A DNA stretch of 54,504 bases from Rhodothermales bacterium (GTDB lineage Bacteria; Bacteroidota; Rhodothermia; Rhodothermales; UBA10348). Shown here piece by piece: positions 9,008 through 19,236 of this stretch. The notes under the pieces were generated by a model. It searched no databases. It saw only the letters and a program-made list of their open reading frames with translations, and was not told the DNA's origin. Each line of letters opens with the position of its first letter. Positions within the stretch are counted from its first letter, which is position 1. The translations under genes were made by a program, and so were the position numbers. Where the stretch lies: the NCBI GenBank assembly GCA_030830105.1, contig JAURNP010000070.1, forward strand, positions 1-54,504, in the 5' to 3' direction.

Positions 9008-10390
9008 TCAGTAGAGCAAGTAGGGTTTACGCTGCTTCGTGAAAGCAGCAATGTCGTCTTCCCAAGTCCACTCCCAGGCATCAAGGTCCATTCGGCCTTT
9101 GACTCGGTCCAAGGTCGCGGTCGAGCCTGATAGAAGGGCCATCCATCGCTCGCGGAAGAAATCTTCTTTGACCGAGTCGGGAGCAACCGCATACATGCGG
9201 CCCACCAAATCCAGCCCCAGCGCAACGGCAGAGACGTCATTTGCATCGGTGATGCTGATTTCCAGTGTCTCAATGGGCATGTCTTTCCACTTCGGGTTCA
9301 TGGAAGCACCCGGAACGCTGGCGGGCGTGATGGCTCCGGCTTCGATGGTGACGCCCGCCGGTTCCCAGCGGGAGAGGTCTTCAGCCAGCGAATGTGCATC
9401 CAGCCAAGGTGCTCCTACTGTGAGGAAAGGTGTGGGAGTCCCGCGGCCTTCGCTGGCAGTCGTCGCCTCGAAAAAGCAGGTTCCAGGGTATATCAACGCG
9501 GCTTCAAAGGAGGGTAGGTTCGGACTTGGCGCAATCCAGATCAGTCCGGTTTCGGGCCACAGCATGTCGCGCTCCCAGCCTTGCATCTGCACGACGCGCA
9601 GGTCGAGCGTAGTCAGGCCGGGTATCCAACCCTCACCCTGGATCATGTGCGCCAGTTCACCAACGGTCAATCCATGCTGAACCGGAATGGGGTATTGGGA
9701 GACAAAAGAAACCAGGGAGTCTCCTCGCAGGTAGCCGGCCATACGCTCGCCACCCAGCGGATTAGGACGGTCGAGGACGATAAAGGGCACTCCAGCTTCA
9801 GCGGCGGACTGCATGGAGAGTCCCATGGTCGAGATGTAGGTGTAGAACCGTGCTCCTACATCCTGGATGTCGAATACGAGTGCATCCAGGCCTTCCATCA
9901 TCTCGGAGGTCGGGCGCCGGTGTTCGCCGTACAAGCTGTAGACGGGCACGCCGGTGGAATCGTCAATGCCGTCTGAGATCTTGGCGCCAGCATCTTCGTC
10001 GCCTCGGATACCATGCTCGGGACCAAAAAGAGCGCCCAGCTCCACGTTTTCCGCAGCGTGCACCCAGTCGATGAGGTGCTCATTGCCCGATCGCGCCGTA
10101 TGGTTCACGATCAAGCCCACTTTCAGGCCGTGCAGTGCTTCGTATCCCGATTCGACCAGAACATCGGCACCGGTAGAAACGACAGCGGGCGGGCGCCTGT
10201 TTGAATCTACAGCCGCGTCATCCGAAGATGCGCCATCGGCCCGCCCGCCGGGAAGATCACATGCGGACGCTACCAGAAGCAGGACCGCTATTGTAAACAG
10301 CTTAGCCGCCGTTGTTGATGATCTCGAATTCGGGAAAGAAGTAATTCGCTTCCTGCCGGCCGTTTTCGATGGAATCCGATCCGTGGGCAA
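9008..10390 (-). CDS. DUF1343 protein (exo-beta-N-acetylmuramidase NamZ-like), probable lipoprotein
   Basis: Contains [51 protein letters not shown] and LDRPNP, all DUF1343 hallmarks. A lipobox LLLVASAC is present. The stop is firm but the start is unresolved: ATG 10465, TTG 10390 or CTG 10300 (see findings). Confidence 0.75.
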   Translation of the reverse strand: MPTDRIPSKTAGRKRITSFPNSRSSTTAAKLFTIAVLLLVASACDLPGGRADGASSDDAAVDSNRRPPAVVSTGADVLVESGYEALHGLKVGLIVNHTARSGNEHLIDWVHAAENVELGALFGPEHGIRGDEDAGAKISDGIDDSTGVPVYSLYGEHRRPTSEMMEGLDALVFDIQDVGARFYTYISTMGLSMQSAAEAGVPFIVLDRPNPLGGERMAGYLRGDSLVSFVSQYPIPVQHGLTVGELAHMIQGEGWIPGLTTLDLRVVQMQGWERDMLWPETGLIWIAPSPNLPSFEAALIYPGTCFFEATTASEGRGTPTPFLTVGAPWLDAHSLAEDLSRWEPAGVTIEAGAITPASVPGASMNPKWKDMPIETLEISITDANDVSAVALGLDLVGRMYAVAPDSVKEDFFRERWMALLSGSTATLDRVKGRMDLDAWEWTWEDDIAAFTKQRKPYLLY

Positions 10391-10742
10391 TGTTCTGACC
10401 TTTGTTGTCTGCAAACAGCTTGCGGATCGTACCCTCTGCAGCTTCCTCAGGATCCGTAGCGCCAATCAGCGTACGGTAGTCAGCCACAGCTTTCTCTTTC
10501 TCCAGGACCATCGGGACGCAGGGGCCAGAGGTCATGAAATCAACGAGCTCACCGAAAAATGGGCGCTCTTTGTGGACAGCGTAAAACCCTTCGGCTTCAG
10601 CTCGGGAGAGCTGAACGAGTTTCATTGCGCGGATTTTGAATCCAGCTTCCTGGATGCGGCGGGTGACTTCGCCGATGAGGTCTTTGCGGACGCAATCCGG
10701 CTTGAGGATGGCGAGCGTGCGTTCTACAGCCATGGTAGTCAA
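10302..10742 (-). CDS. ndk: Nucleoside-diphosphate kinase
   Basis: Contains [23 protein letters not shown] and the active-site NIAHGSDS. The start is the ATG at 10742 or 10733. Confidence 0.95.
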   Translation of the reverse strand: MTTMAVERTLAILKPDCVRKDLIGEVTRRIQEAGFKIRAMKLVQLSRAEAEGFYAVHKERPFFGELVDFMTSGPCVPMVLEKEKAVADYRTLIGATDPEEAAEGTIRKLFADNKGQNIAHGSDSIENGRQEANYFFPEFEIINNGG

Positions 10743-10878
10743 GAACAGTTTCGTGGTGAGAATCAGTCGGCGCTAACGCCCTTCCATCACACCGGGATGC
10801 CGACGGGCCGGGAAGAAAAGATGAATCGTTCTGGGTCGAAAGGGTAGATTCAAGCCTCATCAAGCAGATGCATTCGAG

Positions 10879-11370
10879 TCAGGGTAGGTTCGCATCCAGC
10901 GGTTCGACGATCAGCAACACTTTGTACGAATCCATTTTTCGATCCACTCCAGAGACGGGATAAGGGTCAACCTGCAAGAGCCTGAAGCGATATCCCTGAA
11001 ACTGGATGATGTCGTTGTACTCATACGGCGTTGCCACCAGGCCTGGTATGTACGCCACAAGTTGATATCGAACCGACTGGGCATCGGTCACACTCAAAAG
11101 TACCCCGGCGCGACCGGCCTGCACACAATCAACCTGATCTGCGCAGCGATTATCCTCCGTCACCATGGTAAACTCTACGGTGAAGTCGATGTCGTCGAGT
11201 ATCACACGCTGTCCAAAATTCAATTCGAACGGGACGGAAAGAGTGGCTACCCCATCTCCTTCCATGCTGGACGCATCGCCTCCATTCGAGTCCAGCGCGA
11301 AGTCACGGCATCCAGCAAACAGCAGTGTGCCAGTCAAGGCCAACAGGATATAGGGTCGAAATCGGGACAC
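10879..11370 (-). CDS. Hypothetical lipoprotein
   Basis: 163 aa with a signal peptide and lipobox (LLALTGTLLFAGC). No recognisable family. Confidence 0.5.
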   Translation of the reverse strand: MSRFRPYILLALTGTLLFAGCRDFALDSNGGDASSMEGDGVATLSVPFELNFGQRVILDDIDFTVEFTMVTEDNRCADQVDCVQAGRAGVLLSVTDAQSVRYQLVAYIPGLVATPYEYNDIIQFQGYRFRLLQVDPYPVSGVDRKMDSYKVLLIVEPLDANLP

Positions 11371-11660
11371 GTGAAGTAAGATCTGTCAGAGAAGGCGGAG
11401 ACCGCTTAATTCGATTACTAACTAAGGGCGATTCGGTGCCCGTGTGCAAACGAAGCGTCTGGCTGATCGAAATGGCAGTATGACCGGTCTGCCTTGTCCC
11501 TTCATCGGTGGATTTCATTTTGCCCTTTCACCAATTGCCTCAGACGGCATGGTTGCATGTATCTGCCTGAGGACGGACGCGGGTCCGAAATCCACTCCCA
11601 CATGCTCATGCCCACTTGTTCGTGCTCGATTGGAATTGCTTCGATGTCCAATTCCCGGTT

Positions 11661-12857
11661 TCAGGCAGCGCCGTGACCGGATCCTTGCCCTTCACCAAAT
11701 GGGGAGAACCAACGGGGTGCTGGACGATCTGAGGCATGCTCGCGCTCAGCTTCACGCTGGAGCCAGAGCAAAAGGATGTCATCGCCGAACTCGCGGATTT
11801 CACTATCGTCCAGGACGTGCTGGATCAGTCGGTCTACCGGTTGACGGGATCCGAAGGCTTCGCGCACTGCCTCCGTAATACCTTCTTCTCCCAACTGACC
11901 GCCGGATTTCATCTGCTGCTCGAGCAGTCCATCCGTATACGATACCAAGGCTGATCCTGGCTGGAGCGAAAGGGAAGTATCTTTGAACTCGGCATTGGCG
12001 TCGAGTCCGAGGATGATGTCGGAATAGGGCACGATTTCAGCGCCGCGATGGCTGATTACCACGGGTCGGCAGTGCCCAGCATTGGCATACGTTACCAGAT
12101 TCTTCTCAGGCTCCCATTTCAGGAGGAGAAGGGAGGCGAACGTGTCTTCCAGTGGTGGGTCATCCATCAGTACCTGATTGACGCGCTTCATCAATTCAGC
12201 GGGTGAATTGGTCGTGCGCAGCATGGTGTGCAAGGTGGAGCGGATGTACCCAAGGAAGCTGAAAGCATAGAACTTGGCCTGCAAACCCTTGCCCATCACG
12301 TCGCCTATCGTGATGAAAAAAGTGCCGGGGCGCGGCTCGGTCCAATCAAAGATGTCGCCGCCACCGTGTTCGCGCGGCGAATTATGGAACCAGGAGCTGT
12401 AACCGGAAGCTTCTGGCATGCGCTTTGGCATGAGCTTCTCGGAGAAGTCCTTTCCAATACGGGCATCCAGCTGGTTCTGGAACTGAGCCGTACGCTGAAG
12501 CAGACGATCTACCCTCGACAACAACTGGTCAATGTCGAACGGTTTGGTAATGTAATCGTCCACGCCCGTTCGTCTACCTCTCAGCTGGCTGGCTTCATCA
12601 GCCTTGGCCGTCAGAAAGATAAACGGAATGGCCTTGGTATCAGCCCGTTCCTGGAGAGCCGCCTGCATGGCGAACCCATCCATTTTGGGCATCATGATAT
12701 CGGAGATGATGAGATCGGGCAGCTGCTCGTTTACACGCTCGATGCCTTCCTCGCCGTTAGCCGCGGTTCGGACATCGTACTGCTTCCCTAGTCGATACTC
12801 CAAGATTCGACGCAGGGTGTGCTCATCTTCCACTATGAGAATGGAATGTCGAGACAT
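11661..12857 (-). CDS. Response-regulator receiver fused to a PP2C/SpoIIE-type phosphatase (RsbU-like)
   Basis: The N-terminal REC domain has ILIVEDE...DLIISDIMMPKMDGF...FLTAK. The C-terminal PPM domain has GGGDIFDW, FFITIGDVMGKG, YANAGH, VSYTDGLLE and DDILLL. Confidence 0.85.
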   Translation of the reverse strand: MSRHSILIVEDEHTLRRILEYRLGKQYDVRTAANGEEGIERVNEQLPDLIISDIMMPKMDGFAMQAALQERADTKAIPFIFLTAKADEASQLRGRRTGVDDYITKPFDIDQLLSRVDRLLQRTAQFQNQLDARIGKDFSEKLMPKRMPEASGYSSWFHNSPREHGGGDIFDWTEPRPGTFFITIGDVMGKGLQAKFYAFSFLGYIRSTLHTMLRTTNSPAELMKRVNQVLMDDPPLEDTFASLLLLKWEPEKNLVTYANAGHCRPVVISHRGAEIVPYSDIILGLDANAEFKDTSLSLQPGSALVSYTDGLLEQQMKSGGQLGEEGITEAVREAFGSRQPVDRLIQHVLDDSEIREFGDDILLLWLQREAEREHASDRPAPRWFSPFGEGQGSGHGAA

Positions 12858-13306
12858 GAGTTTGCTTCGCTTGAAACGGTGAACTCGAGGCGGCGACGAC
12901 CGTCGTCGGTCTGGGAGTATTCGAAATACTCTGTCGCTGCATTGAGCATCAAAAGCCCCATCCCGCGTTCGGGGAAGGGCGTGAGGGCGCTGCGCTGAAC
13001 GTCGAGCTGCTCCGGAAACGGAAATCCTTCCGAATTATTCTCAATGACACACCGCACGCGGCGGCCATTGGGAATGACATCCAGTGTGATGTTCGGTTCG
13101 CGATTGCTGAAATCGGCATGTTGAACCAGATTGGCCACCCATTCATGCACGGCCAAGCGGAATAGCTGGATCGTATCCGGATCCGGGTGAGAGAGCAACG
13201 CATCTGCGCGCTCCCATTCCTCGAACAGGCCGTGAAGCTCATCGATCACGCGATGAAGCTCGATAAAATGTTGACGGGTGACTTCCATTGATTCCCGGAA
13301 GGGCAA
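12833..13306 (-). CDS. RsbW/SpoIIAB-like anti-sigma-type serine kinase (HATPase_c)
   Basis: 157 aa containing LAVHEWVANLVQHA (N-box-like) and RGMGLLMLN (G-box-like). It sits between the STAS and PP2C genes, and its last 25 nt overlap the phosphatase start. Confidence 0.55.
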   Translation of the reverse strand: MPFRESMEVTRQHFIELHRVIDELHGLFEEWERADALLSHPDPDTIQLFRLAVHEWVANLVQHADFSNREPNITLDVIPNGRRVRCVIENNSEGFPFPEQLDVQRSALTPFPERGMGLLMLNAATEYFEYSQTDDGRRRLEFTVSSEANSCLDIPFS

Positions 13307-13345
13307 AAACGGTTTCTGGATTCAGGCTGGCGCCGAAAATTCCGG

Positions 13346-13699
13346 TTAGCGCAGGGCTTCTCGAGCGGCATCTACCGACGGGAACTGGCGGAACACCTTG
13401 TAGGTGCGCGTCAGTTGGACCACCACCTGTACTGGTCGGGAAACCGACGCAAATACGACCTGGCCACTCATGGGAGAGACCTGGCGATACAGGGAGAAGA
13501 TGGATCCGAGTCCTGTGGAGTCGAGGATGCCGGTGTCGTTGAAGTCAAGGATGAAACTCCGGACTCCGGAGCACACCTGTTCCTGAGCGGCTGCTTTGAA
13601 ATCTGCCGCATTACGGAAATCGAGCGCTTTGCCGATCCGGATCACGACGGTATCGTGCGTCACCGGTTCGATCTGAAAATTCATTGTAGTGGTATGCAT
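13346..13699 (-). CDS. STAS-domain anti-sigma-factor antagonist (RsbV/SpoIIAA-like)
   Basis: 117 aa. FILDFNDTGILDSTGLGSIFSLY contains the conserved phosphorylatable Ser/Thr in the DSTGLG motif. Confidence 0.85.
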   Translation of the reverse strand: MHTTTMNFQIEPVTHDTVVIRIGKALDFRNAADFKAAAQEQVCSGVRSFILDFNDTGILDSTGLGSIFSLYRQVSPMSGQVVFASVSRPVQVVVQLTRTYKVFRQFPSVDAAREALR

Positions 13700-13874
13700 G
13701 ACCAGTTGTTGTGCTTGTTGTACACGGTGTACCTGCTCTGGTTATCGGCAAACCATGGGTAAACTAAAGCACGCGATCGGACGTAAAATCGACCTGTTTG
13801 CAGTCTGGGAGACCGGCCAGGAAGCACGACGCTGCCGCGATTTCCAGCCTGCTGAAATCAATATATCAAACGGT

Positions 13875-14633
13875 ATGCGAATCGACGTGGCCCACAACGG
13901 CCCGGACTCTCTCCGACTTGGCCTTGTAGCTGCTCTGGAAGTCCAGCCAGAAACCGACGTACCCGAATTGGATCAGCTGATTGCCGACCGGATTCAGCGT
14001 TTGGCAGGTGGGCTGACCGATCAGCAAGACGCGTATCGGGCTACGGTGCGCGATGTATTCAGAAACGGGCGGTACAAGCCTACCGGAAGAGGCAAGCCTG
14101 CGTCAGAGTATCTGTTGCGTGCTGCCTCGGAAGACCGGTTTCCCCGCATCAATACGTTGGTTGATGTCTGTAATTACCTGAGCATGGCCTCCCTACTGCC
14201 TATTTCTATTTGGGACTTGGATCTGGCAGCAGTCCATGCGGGCCAGCAGGCAGATGAGACCGCTGAATTCCAGTTTCGGCTGGGAGCGGTCAATGAATCC
14301 TACGTTTTCAATACGGGTGGGCAGGAAATTGAATTGGCTGATTTGATTATTGGGGCGGTCCAGCCCAAAACGGTCCAGCCCGGAGCTGTCGCCCCATCCA
14401 CGACAAACGGTCTCCCGATAGTGAATGCTATCAAGGACAGCCAGGCGACGAAAACTACGGCGGCCACGCGACGCGTGGCCGCCGCCATCTATGCCCCGCT
14501 TCAAGACGGGCCGGATATGTCGCTGGCGGATGTGGGCCAGGCGTTCTGTGATCTGCTCGGGGCGACCAGCGCCGAAAGCCGGTGTTCGCACTCCATTCTG
14601 ATGCCGGGTGACGAAATCGCTCTTTCCATCTAA
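13875..14633 (+). CDS. B3/B4 tRNA-binding-domain protein (PheT B3_4-like)
   Basis: FRNGRYKPTGRGKPASEYLLRAASEDRFPRINTLVDVCNYLSMASLLPISIWDLD matches the B3_4 domain core. I chose the ATG at 13875 because the tracked 13689 start overlaps the divergent STAS gene. Confidence 0.6.
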   Translation: MRIDVAHNGPDSLRLGLVAALEVQPETDVPELDQLIADRIQRLAGGLTDQQDAYRATVRDVFRNGRYKPTGRGKPASEYLLRAASEDRFPRINTLVDVCNYLSMASLLPISIWDLDLAAVHAGQQADETAEFQFRLGAVNESYVFNTGGQEIELADLIIGAVQPKTVQPGAVAPSTTNGLPIVNAIKDSQATKTTAATRRVAAAIYAPLQDGPDMSLADVGQAFCDLLGATSAESRCSHSILMPGDEIALSI

Positions 14634-14692
14634 CCTGCGCTTGCTAACCAATCCTCACCAGCCATTTAATCCTTGCTTGCCATCCAATCCGC

Positions 14693-15298
14693 GTGCCCTA
14701 CCTTCCCGAGGGCTGCTCTACCAACTTTGAAAGCGTGCACCGAATTTCCATCATAGCCTCATTCTTCGTCTTGATCCTGGCCGGCTGCGAGATGCATGAG
14801 TCCGAAGTGACGATTCAGACACTCAAGGACGACGACGCACCGGTCGCGGAAAGTTGGGGTACGGCCATGATGATCACGGAGGACGGTAAGAACCGGCTGC
14901 ACATGAATGCTGATTACATGGCCAGGTACGAAACGCCGGACAGCACTTGGATGGTTTTGACCGGCGCGGATGAGGCCATTGACCGGGTTTACGTAGTGAT
15001 TTTTGATGCTGAAGGCGACACTTCTGCCGTTGTGACATCGCAGCGCATCGTTTGGCATGAACGTGGACGCCGGTTTGTTGCTACTGGTGATGTGCAGGCA
15101 GACGCGGGAGAGGAGCGCGAGTTGGACAGTGAGCACCTTGCTTGGTCAGAGCGGACGGGACGTGTGAGCACGCCCGGATTCGCAACCATTCAGACGCCTA
15201 ACGAGACCCTGTCAGGCTACGGCCTCGATGCCGACGAGAACCTGCAGGAATTCACCCTCGCCCGTGTAACCGGTACAGTCCTGATTGACGATGAGTGA
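14693..15298 (+). CDS. LptC-like periplasmic lipoprotein
   Basis: Has the lipobox FFVLILAGC and a beta-rich body (RLHMNADYMARYE...VVIFDAEGDTSAVVTSQRIVWHERGRRFVATGDV). It lies immediately upstream of the OstA-like gene and lptB. Confidence 0.5.
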   Translation: MPYLPEGCSTNFESVHRISIIASFFVLILAGCEMHESEVTIQTLKDDDAPVAESWGTAMMITEDGKNRLHMNADYMARYETPDSTWMVLTGADEAIDRVYVVIFDAEGDTSAVVTSQRIVWHERGRRFVATGDVQADAGEERELDSEHLAWSERTGRVSTPGFATIQTPNETLSGYGLDADENLQEFTLARVTGTVLIDDE

Positions 15299-16736
15299 TC
15301 GGTGCACATTGATGATCTCGTTGACAATGGCGCTGACAATGGCGCTGGTCATCGTCTCGCTGCAGGCTTCGCCGGCGTTCGCCCAGGATGCCGAGGAAGA
15401 AGGTCCACGGGAAGTTCAGGTAGCTTTCGATTCTCTTCGCGTCCGCACGATAGAGGGCCGAACCGTATCCGAATGGCTTCGCCCGGTGCTCCGGCAGGAA
15501 GACTTTCAGCTGCGTGCTGCCAATGGGTATGATGAAGGAAATGGCTTCATCCGGTTCTGGGGCGATGTTGTGATCATCGAAAAAGGGGACACCATCCGGG
15601 CTGTACAGGTCCGATATCAACGCGAAGATCGAATAGGAGAGGCACGTGGCAATGTCCGCATGACGGACGGCGAAGTGACACTCCTGGCGCCATTTGCTCG
15701 CTATTTTTCCGAGCAGGAACTGACCGTCTTTGAAGAGGGCGTCACGTATGAGGACAGCGCTGCCGTTCTGATTGCTGATTGGGCGCGGTATCTGTCCGAG
15801 GACAACCGGGCCGAATTTGCGGGCAACGTGATCCTGTCCCAGGAAGGCATGGACTTGCAGGCCGACTCGGTCCTGCACCTGCGGGAAACGGAAGAGAGCT
15901 GGGCCTGGGGCTCCATCGCTGCGGATCGCATCAGTGAGGACGATTCCACCCGGACCTTGATCCTTGCCGATTCCCTCTACCGCGCGGCGCAGGTTGATTC
16001 CATCCGAGTGACCGGGAATGCACGACTGCTCCAGATGGAGCCAGCGGCGTCTGACACCTTGATCCTGGAAGCCAGCGTCATCACTGTGCGTCCCGGCGAA
16101 TCATTGTCTGCGCAGGATTCGGTGGTTGTGGCTTCGGCGGGATACTCCGTCCGTGCCGATTCGCTTGCCAGTATCGAAGGCCCCGAAGGCCGTACCGAAA
16201 GTGAGCTGAGAGGCAGTCCAATCGCTTGGGTCGAGGATACTCAGTTGGTAGCTGACCGGATGGACCTTTCCGACAACGGGCGGGCGGACACGATCCGTGC
16301 CAGTGGCAACGTGTTTGTGGCGACGCCGGATAGCCTGTCAGGCCGCGTGAACCAGCTATCCGGGCGACATCTTGTGGTTGTCCTGGATGCAGACTCTTTG
16401 CGGCTACTGGACATCAGGGAGCAAGCCCGTGCGGTCCTGTTCATGGAGTCCGAAGAAGACGGTTCAACCGTTGGCTTCAATGGTTCGGGAGACGGATTGC
16501 AGTTCCAGTTTGCAGATGGTGAATTGGACCGCGTATCGTTTTACACTGGTGTAGAAGGCACCTATTATGCCGGAGCACTCCTCGATCAGCTCTCCAACCT
16601 CTCCGGTTTTATCTTCACGCCCGATGACCGCCCAAAACGGCAACGGCTGATTGCCGCGTTCTGGATGACTTGGTTCGAGCGAACCATGCGATCTGAGCGG
16701 CAACAGATTAAGACGTCCTGCGGCGATTCGTGCTGA
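15285..16736 (+). CDS. OstA/LptA-like repeat protein (secreted)
   Basis: Has a signal peptide (...[14 protein letters not shown]) and repeated OstA-type beta-jellyroll segments ([53 protein letters not shown]). Alternative start ATG at 15312. Confidence 0.55.
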   Translation: MTMSDRCTLMISLTMALTMALVIVSLQASPAFAQDAEEEGPREVQVAFDSLRVRTIEGRTVSEWLRPVLRQEDFQLRAANGYDEGNGFIRFWGDVVIIEKGDTIRAVQVRYQREDRIGEARGNVRMTDGEVTLLAPFARYFSEQELTVFEEGVTYEDSAAVLIADWARYLSEDNRAEFAGNVILSQEGMDLQADSVLHLRETEESWAWGSIAADRISEDDSTRTLILADSLYRAAQVDSIRVTGNARLLQMEPAASDTLILEASVITVRPGESLSAQDSVVVASAGYSVRADSLASIEGPEGRTESELRGSPIAWVEDTQLVADRMDLSDNGRADTIRASGNVFVATPDSLSGRVNQLSGRHLVVVLDADSLRLLDIREQARAVLFMESEEDGSTVGFNGSGDGLQFQFADGELDRVSFYTGVEGTYYAGALLDQLSNLSGFIFTPDDRPKRQRLIAAFWMTWFERTMRSERQQIKTSCGDSC

Positions 16737-17839
16737 GTCCTCCTCACGGAGCAGGCGATACCGATCATGATCTAATGGCGCTTTCTGAAATTGAACAGGC
16801 ACTGGGACACTTCAAGGCTAGCAAGCCTGGGGAGGCGATTCCCATGTTGGAAGAGCTCGCCAACCTTGTGCCCACCTATGTGCTGGCACACGTTCTTCTG
16901 GCTCAGGCATACGAGTCCGTTCAGGAAGAGCAGAAGGCGGTACGAGCGTGGCGCAAGGCTTATCAGATGATTCCAAATTCGCCGTTGCTGGAAGCTGACG
17001 CCGGGGACGAATTGCTGAACGATCCGGTAATGGACGAAATCATCCGACGGGCGACAGAGGTGACAAGTACCCTCGATACGCCTGAAGCGGTGGTTCCTTC
17101 GGATGGAATGCGCTTGCGCACGGACGGACTGGTCAAACGCTACAAGAAGCGAAGCGTCGTCAAGGCCGTAGAGCTCGAGGTTCGGCAAGGCGAGATCGTA
17201 GGACTGCTCGGACCCAACGGTGCCGGTAAGACAACTACCTTCTATATGATCGTGGGGATGATCCGTCCTGACGGAGGTCGTGTCATTCTCGGAGATCAGG
17301 ACATTACCGGACAGCCTATGTACGAGCGCGCGCGGCAGGGCATCGGATACCTGGCGCAGGAAGCATCCATCTTCTCGCACCTGAGTGTGGAAGCCAATCT
17401 GCACGCGGTTCTCGAATATCAGGATCTCAGCCGGGAAGAGCGTTCCGAGCGTGTGGAGGAACTGATTGCCGAATTTGGACTCGAGAAAGTTCGCCAATCA
17501 AAGGGATACACCCTTTCCGGAGGCGAGCGCAGACGTACCGAAATTGCCCGGGCGCTGGCGACCAAGCCACGTTTCTTCCTGCTGGATGAGCCGTTTGCCG
17601 GCGTCGATCCCATTGCGGTGGAGGACATCCAGACCATCGTGGCCCGTCTCAAGCAACGGGGCATCGGCGTGTTGATCACAGACCACAATGTACACGAGAC
17701 CTTGGCCATCACGGACCGGGCCTATCTGCTTTACGAAGGCAAGATCTTGAAGCAGGGTACGGCAGAAGCCTTAGCCTCTGACCCAGAGGTGCGGCGGCGT
17801 TATCTTGGGGAGAAGTTCAGGCTCGAACGATATCGCTGA
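16730..17839 (+). CDS. lptB: LPS export ABC transporter ATP-binding protein LptB with an in-frame N-terminal helical extension
   Basis: Contains Walker [10 protein letters not shown], signature LSGGERRR, Walker [13 protein letters not shown] and the switch ITDHN. The canonical LptB core begins at MRLRTDGL (17108). The 126 upstream codons are in frame and free of stops. Confidence 0.9.
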   Translation: MLSPPHGAGDTDHDLMALSEIEQALGHFKASKPGEAIPMLEELANLVPTYVLAHVLLAQAYESVQEEQKAVRAWRKAYQMIPNSPLLEADAGDELLNDPVMDEIIRRATEVTSTLDTPEAVVPSDGMRLRTDGLVKRYKKRSVVKAVELEVRQGEIVGLLGPNGAGKTTTFYMIVGMIRPDGGRVILGDQDITGQPMYERARQGIGYLAQEASIFSHLSVEANLHAVLEYQDLSREERSERVEELIAEFGLEKVRQSKGYTLSGGERRRTEIARALATKPRFFLLDEPFAGVDPIAVEDIQTIVARLKQRGIGVLITDHNVHETLAITDRAYLLYEGKILKQGTAEALASDPEVRRRYLGEKFRLERYR

Positions 17840-17946
17840 GGAACAGCATAGACAGCGACGGGTCTGATAGGCCTTTTCCTGTGGATTCAGAGCGTTTTCC
17901 CACCTTTCCAACCACCTGGTATGCCGGATACGAGCCGGCTTGACGC

Positions 17947-19236
17947 ATGAGTAACAAGGGCAACATTTACGAAGAGTTTGAGTGGCGCGGGCTTCTGTAT
18001 GATGCCACGCCTGAACTGAAGGACGTTCTTGGGAAGGAGTCCGTGACGGCCTACATCGGATTCGACCCGACGGCGGCCAGCCTTCACGTGGGATCCCTGC
18101 TGCCCATAATGGGCCTCGCCCGGATGCAACAGTTCGGCCACACTCCCATCGCCCTGGTTGGAGGCGGAACGGGACTCATTGGCGATCCGTCCGGGAAGAC
18201 TGCTGAACGTCAGCTGTTGACCAGCGAGAAGGTTGCCGAGAATATCGAAGGCATCCGTGCACAGTTATCCCACTTTCTTGATTTTGAGCGCGAAGAAAAT
18301 CCGGCTCGCATAGAGAACAACCACGACTGGTTGGGTGGCTTACAGCTGATCGATTTCCTGCGTGACACCGGGAAGCACTTCACCGTCAACTACATGTTGT
18401 CAAAGGAGTCCGTCAAACGTCGTATCGAGTCGGAAGACGGGATTTCCTACACCGAGTTCACCTACATGATGCTTCAGGCCTACGACTTCCTGGAGCTGAA
18501 CAGACGATTGGACTGCACCTTGCAGATGGGAGGCTCGGACCAATGGGGTAACATCCTGGCGGGTACAGATCTCATTCGACGCGTAAATGGCAACAAGGCC
18601 CACGGGCTGGTCTTCCCGCTGGTGACCAATGCGTCCGGCACAAAATTCGGAAAGACGGAAGCCGGAAATGTCTGGCTCGACCCGGAGCTGACGTCTCCGT
18701 ACAAATTCTACCAGTTCTGGCTGAACACGGACGACCGCGATGTCATCCACTACCTGAAGGCATTTACGTGGCTGGATCGTGACGCCATCGGTGAGCTGGA
18801 GAAATCCCTTGCCGAAAACCCAGGTGCCCGCGAACCTCATCGCAGACTGGGTCGGGAAGTCACGACCATGCTTCACGGCGAAAGTGAGCTGGCCAAGGCC
18901 GAGCAAGCCGCGAAAGTGTTATTCGGGGGCTCGCTGGAGAACCTCAGCGTGAATGACCTCAAGGATATCTTCGAAGATGTTCCATCTACAGTCATTGATC
19001 GAGAGGAGTTGTCCGGCGAAGGCATGGGCGCTCTGGAGCTGTGCACCCGTACTGGATTGACGTCGTCGAATGGCGAAGCCCGTCGCCTCATCCGCCAGGG
19101 TGGCCTGTTCGTGAACAACGAGCGTTTCGCCGACGAGTCAGGGCGTGTCACAGTGGATCAGGGCATCGATGGCCAGCTGCTGGTCCTTCGAAAAGGCAAG
19201 AAATCGTACCACATCGTTCAGATCGGTCAGGGCTGA
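17947..19236 (+). CDS. tyrS: Tyrosine--tRNA ligase
   Basis: Contains a HIGH-type motif (SLHVGSLLP), a KMSKS-type motif (KFGKTE) and a C-terminal S4 domain (SNGEARRLIRQGGLFVN). Confidence 0.95.
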   Translation: MSNKGNIYEEFEWRGLLYDATPELKDVLGKESVTAYIGFDPTAASLHVGSLLPIMGLARMQQFGHTPIALVGGGTGLIGDPSGKTAERQLLTSEKVAENIEGIRAQLSHFLDFEREENPARIENNHDWLGGLQLIDFLRDTGKHFTVNYMLSKESVKRRIESEDGISYTEFTYMMLQAYDFLELNRRLDCTLQMGGSDQWGNILAGTDLIRRVNGNKAHGLVFPLVTNASGTKFGKTEAGNVWLDPELTSPYKFYQFWLNTDDRDVIHYLKAFTWLDRDAIGELEKSLAENPGAREPHRRLGREVTTMLHGESELAKAEQAAKVLFGGSLENLSVNDLKDIFEDVPSTVIDREELSGEGMGALELCTRTGLTSSNGEARRLIRQGGLFVNNERFADESGRVTVDQGIDGQLLVLRKGKKSYHIVQIGQG

